NCBI GenBank assembly: GCA_008632985.1
Contig: QPGO01000301.1
Location: forward strand, 1-64,000
Direction: 5' to 3'
DNA: 64,000 nt
Source of the DNA: Psammoneis japonica
Taxonomy: Eukaryota
Below, in pieces: positions 23,991 through 36,498 of this stretch; the stretch's first letter is position 1; every line of letters starts with the position of its first letter. Under the pieces are notes generated by a model, which was not told where the DNA came from, did not search any database, and was given only the letters and a program-made list of their open reading frames with translations. The position numbers and the translations under genes are program-made.

Positions 23991-25294
23991 ATGTCGTCTC
24001 CAGCACAACTGGCAAAGAAGAGAAAGAAAAATGAGACCATTGAGCCAATGAGCCCGAGACTTCAGGCAGTGTTGAAGAGAACAGGTGCGCAGGCAGCGCA
24101 TGGTGCATTGAAATCTGAAGCAGAGAAGGTGGCTGGAAATGATCTCTTTCCACAGGTGAAGTTTCTCAGTCCATCAGAATTGGCAAGCAATGGGAACATC
24201 TCAATGTTTGTCAAGAAACAGATTGCCAGTGGCAACATGGACACTTCAAATTGGTCAGGAACTTGGGAGGAATGGGCAAAAAAGGTGGTAAAAAGGCAAA
24301 TTGACAATCGCAGAAACACGGTGTGTTCGGCCATTGGGGCGGAGGCAATGGCCCGTAAGCCAAGTGACCAATGTGTGTGATTCGAGAGTTGCGCACATCT
24401 CACAAGAAGATGACGGTGATGCTTTGTCTGTGCAGGCGTTGTCACTGAGGAAGAGGGAAAGGAAAAAGAAAAGAAACTCAAGGCGGCAGACAGGAGGAAA
24501 AAGCAAGGCAGGAAAAAGTCAAGCCGTGACAAGAATGAAGAGAATGACATCCCGTTTGTGCCGACATGGGATCCGTTTAGCCTGGACACTGTCACCGGCA
24601 GCAAACGAAGGTACAAGCAGGCACACAAGTGGTTCTGTGATCACATCCTGCCTCAAACCAAGCAAAAGCAGGCATGGAGCAGCACCGTCAAAACTGGGAA
24701 CGCACAGGTCTCACAGTTGTTTGTGGTCGGTGACGAAGCTTTGGCGCCATTGGCTGTGGAGAATCATTGGCAGGTTTGGGCACACAGGAACAAGGAGGAG
24801 GCGGTGGAAGAATTGGGTGAGGAAATGGAGCCCAAAGAAACAAGGCCTGCCCCTCGTGCACGAAGCCAAAGAAACAACGAGTGTCTTGGGGAGACGACGG
24901 AATCAATCGGTTCAACGATTCACACAAAGAGGTGACGAAAGATGGAGACTCCAAGGAGGGCAAGGAGTTTGAAAAGTGGCACGCGGAGATCAAGAAAAGC
25001 GAGTGCGAGAAGTCTGGAGAAGCAAAAAAGAAGAAAAAGAAAGCACCGGCCGGTGACACGGATGAGGTGAAGGCAATGAACAGCCCAATGGTGGAGAGCA
25101 GCAGGGATGATGACAGTGATGACAATGAGCAGGAGGAAGGTGCAAAAGGCAAAACGGATGACGGAGGAGACAAGTCCAATGGAGATGAGTCTGATGATGA
25201 TCGTCAGCTCAGTTTGAGAGTGTTGTGGCAAGAAAATGTGCACACAGTTGACATGGCACTCAGTCATTGCACTGCAGACGTAACAAGGGATTGA
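23991..25294 (+). pseudogene. Fragmented accessory ORF divergent from the Plavaka-like transposase
   Basis: Consecutive frames (LFPQVKFL...WEEWAKKVVKRQIDNRRN; KWFCDHILP...DEALAPLAVENHW; SWGDDGINRFND; acidic tail) with the same TA-lost/CG-kept state as the transposase. Confidence 0.5.
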
Positions 25295-26124
25295 CCCAAC
25301 CGATGAAATGCTTTTCTCGTTTAAAATGATGTTTACGAAAATTGACAAACCAAGGATTGTGCGGCAATGCAATCACGCATTGGCATGTGGCAACAAGGTG
25401 GAGGCAGACACAGTGATGTGGACACAGTGAAAAATGGCACACATGATTCTCAACAAGTTGTTGCAATGTTGGCACAGCAAACTTGCAACCAGAGGTTGGC
25501 CTTTCATTGCACAACAACAATTTTTTGCAACATTTTGACAAATTGTCATCATGCAAATCTACACATTTTTAACATTTCGTGCACTCTGATGAACAAGCCT
25601 TGCCAAGCAGCAGCAACACTGATGTTCACGACCATGTCCTTTTGGCACCTTGCAGCAACAACAAGATTTAGAACACCCCAACAAAAAGAGCAAACAAGAC
25701 ACCTCACAAGATGCCAGTCCTTGGCATTTTTGGGATGATCAAGAAGATGATCAACCCACCCAACTAGATTGTGCTGCTTGTGATGTCCTGTCAGCAGAAG
25801 GCTGTGGTGTGACATGATGTGGCAAATCAATGCCGTTTTCATCAACGACACTCAAGATGCCAGACAAGACATGATGAAACAAGTTCAAGAGGTGTGCCAT
25901 TTCTGTCAAATGTGGATGTGCATGTGCCCAACATTTGGACATGGCAAACATTGCACAACAAAGTCAAATGTTCAAGTGGGAAAAAAGAGAAAGCAGCAAC
26001 CAGCAGTGACCAGCCAAGCCAGTTTCCTCTAAGGCGGATGCATGACTGAATGAAGCATGGCTGGCTTGGAACAAGGATTGCTGCATGTGCCATCATGGTG
26101 AATGATGAATTTGTGGCAGGCCAT

Positions 26125-26155
26125 CATGTGTGTGTGCATGCATGTGTGTGTGTGT

Positions 26156-26188
<33 letters not shown>
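26125..26188. repeat. TG/CA mosaic microsatellite followed by a G33 run
   Basis: catgtgtgtgtgcatgcatgtgtgtgtgtgt then 33 G. Confidence 0.85.
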
Positions 26189-26191
<3 letters not shown>

Positions 26192-27511
26192 CAGCTGGCA
26201 CAGGAAATCTCTTTCAACAATCCAATGCCATGCAAATGCGTCATGTCATGGCACTTGTCTTGGCCTGTCTGGGAGTTAAATTGACAACACTTGACCTGAC
26301 CAATGTGCTGCCATGCAGGATTGGTTGCCATGAGATTGGCCAAGATGCAGGGCAGTGCCAGTGCAGAAACTGACTTGATGGTTTGGGGCATGAGACATGC
26401 TGAACACAGCCAATGCCTAAAGGATTTGTTCTTGCAACAGGCACTGCTGCAAAGCACCAATGGCAAAGCACCCATTGTCTGGATGTGTGGACCCAAATCA
26501 GACTGGAGCTTCTTGTTGCAAATGACGACACAAGTTGTGGTGGTGGATGCTGTCCCATTGTGATTGCAGCTTGCAACATTTGAGGTGTGTTGACATGCTC
26601 CTGATGAACATCATGCCTGCTGTTGGATCAACCACATGGATGTCCCCATTTCCAACATGTGCTTTCCCAATGTCACACAGGCAAAGCACAGCATCGCACC
26701 AGTTTGAGTGGAAACCAGGTTGGCACCAATGTCAGCAAATGGGGCAACTGCCTCCCCACATCTTGCTCAGTGCCTCACAGGCCAAGATGCTCTGCAAGTC
26801 TTCATGAATGGAGCCATGGTTGGGCTGCCCTTGGGTCCCTGTGATTGGCACATGACAGAATGCCACCAAATCATCCAAGCCAAGTTGGTGACTTTTTGTT
26901 GGAGCCCACCACCATGGATGGTGCACCAAATGGCAAGGCATGCTTCCTGCATGGGTCTGCACTCTGGCATTGCAGGGAAATGAAAAAGTGCGTGCAGCTG
27001 GCATGCCAAAGCATTGCCAACCTTGTCAAGCCAGTGGTGGGTGTGGCAACATTCCCGCCAATGCTGAGTCCTCCCTGAAAAGGACACGTGCACATGGAAG
27101 GACACAACATGCATGTGATGCTTGCTTTGACAATCCAGGCTGAGGGTTGCCCAACACCTGACATTGTCAGCATCATGTCAGGACAAAGACACCTCACATC
27201 ATCAGAGGGCAATGTTGATGATGAAGAGGATGCTCTTATCAAGGACATGCCACTGGCACTTTCACAGATCCACTTCTTGTTGCTCTTCTTTTTGTCCTGG
27301 CACTCCCCATGTTTTGACATGGAGAGGAGTTGCAATTGCTTGGCAATGTCTTTGAACCACTTGCCAAGGCTGGCCTTGTTGGCAACATCATTGTGGGTTC
27401 AAGATTTTGCCAGTGTGAGCTGGACTTTTCAGCAGAGTCCAAGGCAATGCATGGTTTGCCCTTGCCAATGACAGCACTGGAAGTGACAATGCTGCACAGT
27501 GAAGCAAGAGT

Positions 27512-27538
27512 GGCCTGTTCCAGCTCCAGGTGCTCCGC
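27512..27538 (+). repeat. Left TIR
   Basis: ggcctgttccagctccaggtgctccgc is the exact reverse complement of 43113-43139. Confidence 0.95.
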
Positions 27539-28199
27539 TTTTCATCACGCTGGATTTTCCACGCAGTTTTCAGCACCAGACATTTTTGTCTCCACCCGGC
27601 AGAGCTCGCACTTTTTGGCTTTGTGCAAACATTGATCATTTTAATGACGCAATGTGTTTGTGATGTCAACGCTCATGCACAACAACTGAGGTGCATGATG
27701 CGTCACAGGAAGAATCGTGTCAGTTGGCATTCAATGTTTTTCTGGCAATGCGCAGAACAATGCTGACTTCTACGAACACGTGCCGTCCACCCCACACACA
27801 CCAGCCACAATGCAGCACACCGCTGTCACCGCTCCACAACCCCCTCTTTGCCCTTGCGGTTGCATGGAACTGCCTGTTCCTTTCATTTCAAAGTTGCGTC
27901 ATTGTTGTCGCAACACGATTGCGGCTCTAAAGAGTTGCTGTTGTTGCGGACAACACCATCTCTTTGCATTCTCTCGTTTCGAATTCGGCAAGTCATTCTG
28001 TCATGTTTTTTTTTTAACGCGTCACCGCGTGCGTGCATTTTTCTGGTTGCTTCTCACGTGTCGTTTTATGGCTGTTTTGCACCAGGGCCTTTGGAATTTC
28101 TACAAAACTCAAGCATTCGCCTGAGCGTTCTCCGAGTGACAGTTGCTGCTGGAACAAACTTGTCTTGGTTTGTTTTCACTGTGACGCTTGCTGTTTGTA

Positions 28200-28441
28200 C
28201 TTTTCAGCATCTGGAACTGCCTTGGAGGCTGCCTCTGTTCATCCATGTCACTTTCGCAGCAACTGACGTTGGCCCCCTCTCTGGAGTGCATTTGTCGTAC
28301 AAGCGGGAGTGCAGCTCACTGTTTGACACTTTTCAGCATCTGGAACTGCCTTGGATGCTGCCTCTGTTCATCCGCATCACTTTTGCAGCAACTGACGTTG
28401 GCCCCCTCTCTGGAGTGCATTTGTCACACAAACAGGAGTGC
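28200..28441 (+). repeat. 129-bp-period tandem duplication upstream of the cargo gene
   Basis: cttttcagcatctggaactgccttgga...ggagtgc occurs at 28200 and 28329. Confidence 0.9.
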
Positions 28442-29801
28442 AAAAGCAGTGCATTCGCCATGGACACGTTGGCCAAAGTAGCCTCCCAGCAGCATCCCGT
28501 TGGTGGCAGTTCTCCTCAAGCCAATGATGACTCTTCCAGCACCTTGAAGGTTTCCTTTTGCATCCAGCGTTGCGTCGAGGCACTCGCGGAACATTGCCCA
28601 CCGCAGGGCAAAGCCAAAACTTGGTGCACTGTGCCTCTCCAAGATGCAGTTGATCCTCTTGAGTGCCCTCAAGGTCTTGTAGATTTTAGCATCTTGACCA
28701 CAGAAGATTGTGGAACAAAGAAGACGAGCCCTCTCTTTCATGTTCTTCATCACAAGAATGGCTTGGATGGGTTCAACAGTGCCAAAACACGGAACATGTT
28801 CCGCAACACTGTTGTCGATTGGTTTTGTGAAAAATTTTACTCCGAGAATCGACCGCAACTAAACCAGTGCATCAAGGACAAGAACCAGCACCTCTTGATG
28901 TTGGTTGTGGTGCCATCAGGAATGTCGATGAGGGACGCCGTGAAGGACAAGCAAAACATTGCTGCTGTTTTGATGCACCATGTCAAGACAAACATTGGCC
29001 TGCTTGTTGATTGCGTCCATGTGACAGAGTCTCTGGTTGTGTCAGTTGGGACGGGCGATGAGAGTCAATCGATCGCACCGTCAAGTCGAGGTGCATGTCC
29101 TTTTTTGATTGGACTTGCCCAAGCCATTTGCTGTGGTGTTGTCAAGAAGATGGGTGCACATCTTCATTGTCAGAAGACTTTGAAGTCTCATCACATGGGA
29201 GTGATGGGTTTTGAGGACATCACGGACACCATGAGTGATCGTTCCGATCTGGCGGACATCCGCAAGCACTGGGGCTGGGATGATCTCATGATGAATGATC
29301 AAGGCAACACTGTTGCCCTGTGTGCAAAGGAGAGGATTACTCCAATGAGCTCTGCAATTGTTTTGGCCTTTCCTCGTTCCAGCGCCAAGCATCAGAATGT
29401 TGCAACAGAGATCCGCAAGGATGAAGACTGTTGGGAGGAACCGCTTGTTGAAGGAGGATGCATTGCTGATCATTCGTGCATTGCCAAGCGCCGATTCCAC
29501 TTGGCATCTTTGGTCAACATTCAAAACCTAGAAACGTGCGATGATGAAAAGTCGACCAAAGATTTAAAGACGCATGCGTGGCTGCCTTTTGGCAAGGTCG
29601 TGTTTCAAAGTTGGCAACGAATTAAGTCTCCAAAGGGGGTGAAGAACAATTTTGAAATGTTGGCTTTGAAGGGGTTGGACGTCAAGTTCAAATGTGAAAC
29701 AAGATGTCCTGTTCTATCTGCAAAACAGCACTGGGGTTCAATCTGCAACCATTGCTCTGTTCGAAACAAAATCGCTCAGAGGAAGCAGGTGGACGAAAAG
29801 C

Positions 29802-29985
29802 TGAATAAATGCTGCCATGACAGCTGAGAATTGGGTGCAAGACAAGACAGAGTGTTGAACAGCATCAACAGGTTCTAGAATTGTGAGATGTTGCGCTGCT
29901 GGGGCCACTGAATGAGCGACAGTGGACCAATTGCCAACAGTGCATAAACTGCCTACATCTGTGACAGTGCATCAGCATTTGTTCA
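29802..29985 (-). repeat. Copia 3' LTR
   Basis: Direct repeat of 36315-36498. Confidence 0.95.
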
Positions 29986-30136
29986 GTCCCCTCGAACTGA
30001 CACTGGCTCCGCTCGGGTCAAATCGACAGACAAATGCAACCTGATGCTGCCCTGTTCCAGGGCAGCAGTCATGTTTTGGGGGTGGGAAAAGCTGCACCTA
30101 CGCGGCAAACCCGTTTGGTTTGTCCCCTTTTGGGAC

Positions 30137-33100
30137 TCACCACAGGATGTGACTTATGATTTCCCGGAGCTTCGGTCCAGGCAACAACTTGGTCAGTGCG
30201 TCCGCCAGATTCGTGCGTCCGTCTTCCCAAGCAATGCGCACTGTTCCAGCGGCTTGTGCCTCGCGAGTCCTGTGACAGGCAATTGCATTGTGCTTCTTCT
30301 TCAAAGTGGACTCTGGTTTGGTTGAGTTCTTGAAGACAGCTTCATTGTCACAGAAAACGTTGGTGGCCCCATCCATGGGGATTCCGAGCATCCGAAGCTT
30401 GCAGCGCAAGGCTTCGATTTGCTCCACTGCAGTCTTCATAGCCACGAACTCTGACCCAAAAGTAGAGGACTCTGCGGCATTCTGCCGCTTGGAGTGATGC
30501 AAGATGGGCGCTCGTTGGACAAATGTCAGGATCCCAGTGTGAGACCTGCATGTCACACGGCATCCGGCGTGATCAGCATCGACAAAGCAAGCAGCAGTCA
30601 CGCTGTTCCCACGTGCCTCCAGCATGTTCAGCGGCATTGGTTCAGCCGCGCCAGGGCAGTGTTCTTCCCAATCACACTTGGTGAAGCAACTCTTGTCAAA
30701 GACGGGCTCAGTGTCGTCGAACACTGGCGCAGACTCAGAGTGAGCCTTCAAGCATGCAAAGACATGGAGCACCTCGTCCAGGTGTCCAACTCATGGTGCT
30801 GCCAAGCAGGAGGACACAAGTGAGACAGCGACAAAAATGTCCACTCACCCCAGTTCAACTGCCCACCGCAGCACACCAATGAGACCTTGACAGCAGTTGG
30901 CCGTTTTGGCATTCAACTCAGGTGAACCGTCCAGTTCAGGCCTGCATCCCGAGCTCAAGGGCGTTGACGCCTTCATCGGAAGACGCCTGTCAGTTTTCTT
31001 AAGCTCTAATTCAACGTCAGCCAATGCCCTTTTGACACAAAGGTCAGAGGACACAGCCCAGCATGTCTTGCCATCCGAGTCAGACAGCTGGCACTTTCTG
31101 ATCTGGGCGCCCAAGTGCTCTTCTGGTTCGCAGACACTTCCGTCCTTGAGTGTGTGCCCAGAGCTCACACAATCCATGACCTTCTGAGGTTCATGGGAGA
31201 CGCACAACAAGTCGTCCACGTAGACAAGTGCACACTCCCAGTGCTTGAAGCCATCCGGCTTAACCGCAGCCCGCATCCAGACATCTGGGTCAGCCTTGCA
31301 AGACTCGAACCCAGCATCCCGCAGAGCAGCTGCCACATGTTCCCTAAATCTTGCACCTGAAGACTTGAGACCACACAAGGCTCGGACAATGATCACCGGC
31401 CTTCCCTCGTTCTGCTTCCCAAATTCCAGGCCAGCAGTGGTGCAACACTTTTCCCCAGTGTGTGCGTTCAAGCAGGCATTCTGAACATCAGCACTCAGGA
31501 CCTCCAGGTCATTCAGAGCTGCCACAGTGAATGCCATCCTAACACTGTCACGCGACACCACACTGGAATGTGTCGATTCCTCAGGTGGATCGGTTTGATG
31601 GCCTCCGGCCACGAACCTCGCTTTACGTTGGAGGGTGCTCTTGATGTCAAAGATCACATGACAATCAACATGTTTGCACCCGACCGGTGCAGTGTCGTCA
31701 TCGCGGAATTCGAACGCAGGCATGACGTCACGCATTTCCTTCTCAACAGCCTTGAACCAGAAGTCGGTCCCCGTTCTGTCATCTGTTTCCACAGCTTCCT
31801 CAACAGATTTCGGGAGTTCAATTCTGAACTCATGCGCACGTTTCCAGCAACGCGACTTGACTTTCTTCAGGATCCTTGATCTGCGACGCAAGACGTCTCG
31901 GACCCACCAATTGAAGGCTGGTTCACTGGCTGCTTTGTTCGCTGCAGCGTGCTCAGCAACCTCGACTGGATTGGACTCCTTCAAATCCTTGAGAGGAACC
32001 CAGGATGCAGTCCCTTCCTTCCACTCGACTTGTGGGTCCCAACCTGCGGTCGTCCTCCTGGGAGCACGCCTGCCAGTCTCAGTTGTTGTGCACCCGTCAT
32101 CGGCCGTTACGGCACGGGCATCACGTCGGTGATCGACTGTTTCCTTCATGATCTGGTGGGCATTCCCTTCAGAGTCGATCTGAGCGAACAGGTTCTCTGC
32201 AATTACGTTGGCAGTGTAGGAATCAGTGGATCCGTCAGGGAATTCCACGTCGCACATCCTCGAGTCTGGGACAGGGTTGTCGTTCCTGGCACCAACAGGA
32301 ACCCCGTCGCTGTCTTGCTTGCGTGCAATGACCCTAGCATGAGTCAGCTCGCCTCCTCGTGGCAACATGACTTGAGCTGTGAGATGTTCATCTAGCCCTT
32401 CCGGGGTGTGCTCATCAGCTTCCGGTTTGGAAGCATCGGGTTCCACGGGTTCAACGGCATCGTCCCATTCATCCATGAAGTCGTCAGGGAGTTCAGGGAA
32501 GTCAGCACTGGCACCCTTTTCTGGGATGCTAAGCCGTTTGATCAAAGCTTGATTGACCGATGCAAGATCCATCTGGATCACCGGAGTTTTAAGGTCATCC
32601 TCTGGCATGGCCCATGCATCCTTCCGAATGATGGGTTTGCCTGATTTGGGCAAAACAATGAATGCCATGTCGTCAGTGCAGTTGTCAGCTGCTCCGAGCC
32701 AACGGCCAATGCACTTCTTTTCGTGTGGGAACTCCGCCACAGGCATGCAGTGACAAACAGGTTGACACCAATCAAAGAGAGAGAGGGAAGAGATGTCGGG
32801 TGTCGAACCTGTCACCTCCTCTTCTGGGACTCGTCCTCCCATGTCCGATGTGCCAGTCGCAATGATGCGTTGGATGTCACACATCCATTTGGCGCTGTGA
32901 GACCAAAGTTGCCTGTGAGCGCCAGTCCGGCGTAGAGTCACACGGGCTCTTTTCTTCAACTCATGAATGGATGCCTCGGCTGGGTTCTGCCAGGGGCTGC
33001 ATGGGGTGGACACCTCCTGGTGTGTCCTGCATTCCTTGCAGATCTCTTTGGTCTGGCCTTCTGCCATTTCCGGCGCGCCATCCGACACAAGGACCTGCGG

Positions 33101-34248
33101 TGCGCCAACGTCATGCACAAATGACATGACGGCATCCGGGTGGTCCTGTCTCCTCTTCCAAGGACAGAACCTGTCATGCCCTCTTCTGTTGGTAAATGCG
33201 CTTCCTCCCATCTCGCCATGTGTCGATTTGACCTTTGAAAACATCTGGTCGGAGTAGAATCATCCCTTGACAGCAGGGAACTTAAGCCAAGGGGCTTTCT
33301 TCCAGACTTTCTGTTCGGATGGTGTGCAGACATTACGGACCCCTGCCTGGGTCGTCACTCTGAGGGCATTCTCAGCGGCTGTCAGGCCAATGTGCCACCT
33401 TTTAGAGAGTGTCTTGGGCATGATGGTCGATGCACGACTCGAGGTCGACAGTGCATGCACCCGTTTCCGCTCGGCACAATCCGGGTGGACATCTGGGTCA
33501 CACCGGTCGTGTAGCCCGTCTCCCTCAGTGTCTTTGTGGGAGACATTTGCCTGAGCAACCAGGCGGTGATACAAAGAATCGTCGTCATTGGCATCCATGA
33601 TGACATTCTCGTCATGATGGGATGTTTGGCATGAATGAATGGAAGCGACACACCTGGTCGCATTCATCATCGTCGACCATCCGTCCGACTTTGCTGATCC
33701 TTGGCGCACACTGGCACATGCACGCGCTTCCTCCTTTTGCGCCAGGGCATCAGCAGAAGGCTCCCATCTCAGGGGTGATGCAAGTTCCAGCCGGGGGGAG
33801 GTTCTCCAGATCCTCCTTTGTTGGCTTGTGTGAATCAAAGACTGGGGCAACACCTCGCATTCGCAATGGCACCCTGATCTTTGAGTCAGGAAAAGAAATG
33901 GAGTGCGTGCCAGTCGGATCAAACTGGCGAGGGGCATCGTGGACAATCAGCCCATTCGCTCGCAGTTGGTTGGGGCATGGGAGGGTGTCAGTCATCTTGT
34001 CCCCGAAAAAACACAGCCTCGTGGACCAGCAGCAGGTGTGGTTGTCCATCAGTTGGATCAACCCACACAGTGGCAGCCGTGCAAATGGGAACATTCTCCA
34101 TTGGTGCATGCTCTTCGGAGCAGGGGTGTACCACGACAGTTCTGTCGATGTCAGAGTGCATCACAAAATTGGACCCAACAGCACACGTGTCAGCGTGCGA
34201 GTCCAAATCAGTGGTGGCTTCATCATCTGAATTCCCAGCAGATGACAA
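30137..34248 (-). pseudogene. pol: Copia pol: protease, integrase, RT, RNase H
   Basis: DLDSHADT; SKRWHIG; LVSDGAPE...PWQNPAEASI; RKARFVAGGH, ADVQNACL, RALCGLKSSG, LVYVDD; FVDADHAG, ESSTFGSEF, FCDNEAV, NLADALTK; several frameshifts/stops. Confidence 0.95.
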
Positions 34249-34347
34249 AGAGATGTGTGTGTCCTTTGAGAATCGCCCAGAGAAACAAACAGTGCCAGCA
34301 GGTTTAGCAACATTTGGTTCTGTGCCTTTTGGTGCTGGCGCAACTGT

Positions 34348-35811
34348 TCATTCCTCATTCTGAGGTTTCTCATGTGTGCTGCGTCCAAACTGGGCACCTG
34401 CATTGGCGGCAGGTTTGTCAGGCTCTTCGGAGTCTTTCGGCGCATCAGCAGGTTGAGGAGCAGGCTCGGCAACAGCCACTTTCTTCACAGTGCGAGTTTT
34501 GGTGTCGACCGACTCAGCTTCCGAGGACGCAGCAGCAGCTTTGCGTTTCTTTTCGGCCTTCTTAGCATCGCGGAGCTTTTGGACTTGCTCTCGTTTGGGA
34601 CTGCAAAGAGCTTTCCACTCTTCAACAGGACAATGGCCTGCCCAGATCCTGGGCTTGTCCTTCTTAGGTTGGTGCTTCCCACCAGGGTTGCTGCGCCGAT
34701 TGTTGCGGCGTTGGATGGATGCGATCCCGCTAGTGTCAGCATTGCGGTTCTTGGCATTCTCGACCAGAGTTTTCACACACTGCTGGCATGCCTTGAAGTC
34801 CGCTAGCTTCGTTGGGTCTCCATCCACTGCGCTCTTGCCAGTTTCCAACCTGGGGTCAGAGATGCCCTTCAGAAAGTCAGAGACCTTCTTGGCCTCGGCC
34901 ACCAGTTCATCAAGCTCAGACAAGTCATTGTGAGCCTTTTGATGACACTGGGTGCACTGGTCAAAGGTAAATCGACCCCATCCGGTGTGCTTCGCGGCAG
35001 CAATCTGTGCACAAGCACGGTTCTTTCAGGCAGTGGTGGCAGCCGATCCTTCCGCCTGCCTCTCAAGTGCGAAGAAAGCAGTGCGACCATCGCGGTTGCG
35101 ATTGGAAGGTTTGACAAAAGCCCATCCGGGCCCCCCTGTCACTGACTTCTTCAAGAGATCATACAGACGTTGCCTGTCCTGCACACACTGAGCTCCTGCA
35201 AGGCGGGCAGCAGCAATGGGGCACTCGTCAATGGCAGTGCAGGTGGCAGCCAACATCTCGGTGGTGACCTCTTCATGTTCCCCAGCTGGGTGGATGAGGG
35301 GCACTCCAGCAATGGCACTGCGGTGGTGACGTAGTTTGGTCTCCAGCAGCTCTTGGAAGGCAGGCCAGTCGCATGGGTTCTTGAGCTCCACGGCCATTTT
35401 GGTGGCCAATTCGTCATCTGAGTCAGCGGACTTGAATTGCTCCAGTTCCGTGAGACGTGCCGTCCATGTTCCAATGACGTCGCCAGCAAAGAGAGCAGCG
35501 GTCGGCTCTTGGTTCCGGGCTCTGCGGTGGTCAATCCATGCACGCAGTGCCTTGAGCTTGCGATTCGCCAGGTGTGGGAAGCGGACTTGGGGGTCAGCGG
35601 CGGTGTCCACGCTCTTCACAATGCCCTTGGTCATGTCGGCAATTTCCGTCAAAGGGACCTGTCCAGGTCCTCGATCGCAGCAAAGCCTTGGCGGGCCATG
35701 TGGGTGCGCGTCTGCGCATTGTATCCACAATGCGCAAGACAGGCGGTAAAGGCTGCGGCAGCGGCCATGGTGCATCAGCAGTTGTTCGCGTTTCGACGCG
35801 TGAGCATCCAC
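34348..35811 (-). pseudogene. gag: Copia gag
   Basis: Between the 5' LTR and the protease; KLKALRAWI...GPGWAFV...DGRTAFFAL; KKVSDFLKGISDPRLE. Confidence 0.8.
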
Positions 35812-36314
35812 TTGTGTGAGTGGAGGAAAGTGAGAAAAATGTGTGGTTCTCGTGCCGATTTGGCGGTTTCTACTTAGCGAACCCGCGAGCAGGCGGTGTT
35901 ACCCCCAAGCAACAATGTCCAACAGACATGCATCCACATGTGCAGTGTCCAAACAATTTGACAACGTATTTTGATTTATGAAATGCATGTGATCAAATGA
36001 CAGACCTCAATGCACAAATCATTGTGTCACACACATCACGCATGTTTACATGCCTTAGCCAACATGTTCCATCCACGAGATCAAACATTCCGTCCACTGA
36101 CGTCATGTTTAACGGATCACAGCTCTGGTCTCCAAGAGCATGTCGTTCACATCCATCAACATTGACACACATAAAGGACTCAGCGATTGCGCGAGCAACC
36201 ATGGGACCAACATGGCGCTCACCGCAAAAATCGATCGATCGCAACGACACCGTCGCACCGTTCGCGATGCCTGTTCCAGGCGATGAACATCATGGCGTGT
36301 TGGCTCTGATAAAG

Positions 36315-36498
36315 TGAATAAATGCTACCATGATAGCTGAGAATTGGGTGTGAGACAAGACAGAGTGTTGAACAGCATCAACGGGTTCCAGAATTGTGAG
36401 ATGTCACGCCACTGGGGCCACTAAACAAGCGACAGTGGACCAATCGCCAACAGTGCATAAACTGCCTACATCCGTGACAGCACATCAGCATTTGTTCA
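36315..36498 (-). repeat. Copia 5' LTR
   Basis: Direct repeat of 29802-29985. Confidence 0.95.

Larger units (their letters stand above)
29802..36498 (-). mobile_element. Full-length Ty1/Copia (CoDi-like) LTR retrotransposon, inactivated
   Basis: 184-bp LTRs TGAATAAATGCT...AGCATTTGTTCA; flanking duplication AAGC; PBS-like tatcagagcca beside the 5' LTR; PPT gaggggac; gag-PR-INT-RT-RH order. Confidence 0.96.

Noticed and set aside
31205..31230. Retained YVDD as evidence that the RT is still under selection
   Set aside because: Dozens of TAs survive at random in the element, and pol is frameshifted.
29802..36498. ADAR-type editing of the retrotransposon RNA
   Set aside because: Changes occur on both strands, differ between paired LTRs, and also affect DNA transposons and a host-gene copy.
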